Shown here piece by piece: positions 61,630-64,000 of a stretch of DNA of 64,000 nt. Each line of letters starts with the position of its first letter. Positions within the stretch are counted from its first letter, which is position 1. A program made the translations under genes and the position numbers. This DNA comes from Puniceicoccaceae bacterium (GTDB lineage: Bacteria > Verrucomicrobiota > Verrucomicrobiia > Opitutales > Oceanipulchritudinaceae). The stretch is taken from contig JBFOMH010000003.1 of assembly GCA_040830765.1 (NCBI GenBank), forward strand, positions 96,001 to 160,000. The letters are read 5' to 3'. The notes below the pieces were generated by a model. That model saw only the letters and a list, made by a program, of their open reading frames with translations. It searched no databases and was not told the origin of the DNA.

Positions 61630-62714
61630 TCTCCCGCTTCCTCCATCAGCGTGAGGATTTTTTCGGTCATATTCTCCCGGTTTCGCATGCGCTTGTGGAT
61701 GCGTTTTTCGCGCAAGTCGGGGTCCTCTATGATGGCGTAAAACTCCTCAATGTAGGCAATGGCATTCGTCTTATCCTTACCCTCAAGGTACGGGGTGTTT
61801 TCCCATAACTCCATGATGGCCTCCTTTTTGGCCATGAAGCTCTCCAGCACCTTATCAAAAATATCCGGATCTGTCGTCAGGCCGCGGTAGAAGCGGTCCC
61901 GCACCGACTTGGTTTTTAAGGTCGGGTTGACCCTCGCATAGGGCACGTCGACCAGGCCGGTTACGTCAAAGTCATAAGGGACCGGCAAGTATCCTTCTGG
62001 CGTTTCGTAGGCCTTGGCATTGTGGCAACAACTCCCGTCGCTGGCCAGAAAACTGAAGTCGGTGTTGCCGATCATGAACTGGAACATCTCGGCCAGACTA
62101 AGCAGGTAGGGATCATAGAGATCGGGAAGGATGTAGCGTTCCTTGACCTGCTTGGCCTTGTGGCGCTTGGCGAAGATACCCACAGGCTCAATAAAGAAGG
62201 CCACCTCCGTCCGGGGGCTGATTCGACCTCGCTCGTCGACGTATTCAACCTCCGCCAGCCTGACCCGGAAGCTCTTGTCCGTTAGGAGATTGTAGGTCTT
62301 ATAGGCCAGGTACTCCCGGTAGATAAACGGTGCGAAGGACCGGCGTCCCTCCCGGCAATGGGCGACAACCTTTACCTTATTGAGGCCGTCAAAGACCGTG
62401 CCCCGGACCTGCTTTTTCCGGAAATTCATCCAGTAGGATGGAAAGCCGCAGCTGCTGCGCTTTCTACGGAAGTTTCCCCGTGCATGGATCTTCGCATCCA
62501 GGGTTATTTCAGCTCCATTGCCGTCAGTGGTCATGACCAGGGCTTCCAACCAATCCGGGTTTTCGCCGCGCTGCCGCTTCAGTTGGGCCAAGGGAGCGGT
62601 CAACTGGAATTGTACTGGCTCATCCTCATCGAAGAAGGCCACGGCGACTCCATCAACCGGGAAGCCGACGAGGAGGACGAAAAGGGCCAGGATGAGGATA
62701 TTCGTTAATTTCAT
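61626..62714 (-). CDS. Secreted CotH-kinase-like protein
   Basis: Signal peptide; RGNFR, REYLAY, FFIE, IGNTD, HN, PVPYDFD in CotH motif order. Confidence 0.6.
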   Translation of the reverse strand: MKLTNILILALFVLLVGFPVDGVAVAFFDEDEPVQFQLTAPLAQLKRQRGENPDWLEALVMTTDGNGAEITLDAKIHARGNFRRKRSSCGFPSYWMNFRKKQVRGTVFDGLNKVKVVAHCREGRRSFAPFIYREYLAYKTYNLLTDKSFRVRLAEVEYVDERGRISPRTEVAFFIEPVGIFAKRHKAKQVKERYILPDLYDPYLLSLAEMFQFMIGNTDFSFLASDGSCCHNAKAYETPEGYLPVPYDFDVTGLVDVPYARVNPTLKTKSVRDRFYRGLTTDPDIFDKVLESFMAKKEAIMELWENTPYLEGKDKTNAIAYIEEFYAIIEDPDLREKRIHKRMRNRENMTEKILTLMEEAGD

Positions 62715-62901
62715 GCGAACTGATTCTAGGAAATTTCGGTCAACCGTAGCGGGAATCCACTGCTTTGGCAATGCCCGGATGCTCTACAGTAAATAGGATG
62801 CATGCTTTGATCCGGTATCGAACTTAGTCAGCCTAAGGAATCAATTCCTGCCCTTTCGGGATGTTATTAGTCTAATCCAACCCCTTGCCTGATTCTCCAT
62901 A

Positions 62902-64000
62902 ATGAAATGCCGATACATGAAAAGTGCCGCCCTGTTCACGATGATTCCACTCGTCCTGCCCGCCGCCGATGTCGTTATCGAAAAACACATCAGCATCTAT
63001 GAAAAGCGCGATGCCTACTGTGCCTGGCCGGCCATTGCCCGCGCGGCCAACGGGGATATCGTCGTCCTCTACACCCGCACCGAGGAGCACCTCGGCCCCA
63101 ACGGGGAAATTCTCCTTTCCCGCTCCACCGACAACGGGGAAACCTGGTTACCGCCAGCCATCATTTACGACACTCCTCTCGACGATCGCGAATCGGGAAT
63201 CACCGTTCTCCGGGACGGACGCTTCCTGACACACTACCGGTCTGTCCTCTGGACACCGGATGCCTATCTCGGCCTTCCCGACAATGCCTACGAGACCGAT
63301 CTCCTGGGGCGCTGGATCTATTACGTGCAGGGTGAAGCCTACACCTCCGCTGCCCACCATAACGGCACCTGGCATGCGATCTCCGAGGACAACGGGATCA
63401 GCTGGTCCGCTACCGTGCCCGGAAAAGACTCCATCCACGGTGGACTCGAACTGCAGGACGGCTCCTTTCTTGTTGCCGCCTATCGTGACGACGGTGGCCA
63501 TATCGGTGTTTATGCATCCGGGGAACCGCTCGGAAAGTATGAAAAAGTCGCTACCGTGACCTGCCCGCAGAGGGATATCATCCGCTTCGGGGAACCACAT
63601 ATCCTGCAACTGGAAAGCGGCCGCATCATCATGATGATCCGGGCCACCGCCATTCCCTACGATGACAAGGCTGATCGCTGTTTCCTCTGGGGAACCTACT
63701 CAGACGACAACGGACGCACCTGGGCCGAACCTTACCAGACGCCCCTGTGGGGATTTCCACCACACCTGTTGCAGCTATCCGACGGTCGTATCCTCTGCTC
63801 CTATGGACACCGCAGGCCACCCTTCGGACAGCGGGCCGCCATCAGCGAGGACGGGATTACCTGGAAGAAGGAAGACGAAATCATCCTCCGCGATGATGCC
63901 CCCAACAAAGACCTCGGATATACCGTTTCGATCGAACTTGAGCCCGGCCGTATCCTCACCGTCTACTACCAGCCGAACGTCGAGCCAGGGACCCGTCCCC
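62902..64000 (+). CDS. BNR/Asp-box repeat (sialidase-fold) protein, runs off window
   Basis: Read by hand: YCAWP, STDNGETW, SEDNGISW, SDDNGRTW, SEDGITW, DLGY; no stop codon before the window end. Confidence 0.85.
   Translation, partial: MKCRYMKSAALFTMIPLVLPAADVVIEKHISIYEKRDAYCAWPAIARAANGDIVVLYTRTEEHLGPNGEILLSRSTDNGETWLPPAIIYDTPLDDRESGITVLRDGRFLTHYRSVLWTPDAYLGLPDNAYETDLLGRWIYYVQGEAYTSAAHHNGTWHAISEDNGISWSATVPGKDSIHGGLELQDGSFLVAAYRDDGGHIGVYASGEPLGKYEKVATVTCPQRDIIRFGEPHILQLESGRIIMMIRATAIPYDDKADRCFLWGTYSDDNGRTWAEPYQTPLWGFPPHLLQLSDGRILCSYGHRRPPFGQRAAISEDGITWKKEDEIILRDDAPNKDLGYTVSIELEPGRILTVYYQPNVEPGTRP

Noticed and set aside
1..64000. CRISPR array, integron, transposase or prophage genes
   Set aside because: No regularly spaced repeats and no recombinase, transposase or phage motifs in the ORF track.

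Overview
High-GC bacterial chromosome window, most likely Verrucomicrobiota (Opitutales-like), judged from the style of the TonB-dependent receptor and the sulfatase/GH29 content. Left (1-8.0 kb): efflux genes (HlyD, outer-membrane factor, AI-2E), a heparinase II/III-like gene, ychF, an oxidoreductase and hpt. At 8.0-10.8 kb there is a toxin-antitoxin hotspot around tRNA-Lys(TTT): yefM-yoeB, brnT-brnA, and an integrase-less islet carrying an AbiE-like HTH/nucleotidyltransferase pair. That islet ends in a duplicated tRNA 3' half broken twice by small hairpin inserts. From about 10.8 to 52.8 kb lies a large, more AT-rich locus for sulfated fucose-rich polysaccharides: 10 Cys-type sulfatase domains, 3 GH29 fucosidases, uncharacterised beta-helix and beta-propeller proteins, a sulfatase-GH141-like fusion, GH130, transporters and two AraC regulators. 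Four of its promoters share a 15-bp direct-repeat pair (21-bp period) placed exactly 22 nt before a TAnnnT box, and it contains a decayed three-gene duplication bracketing an inserted AraC-sulfatase-symporter cassette. Right: vapBC, a GH17/GH1/GPH beta-glucan cluster, DUF4956 with a secreted Shelph-type phosphatase and a secreted CotH-like kinase, and a partial BNR-repeat protein. No CRISPR array, rRNA, integrase or transposase was seen. All family calls come from motif recognition, not database searches.
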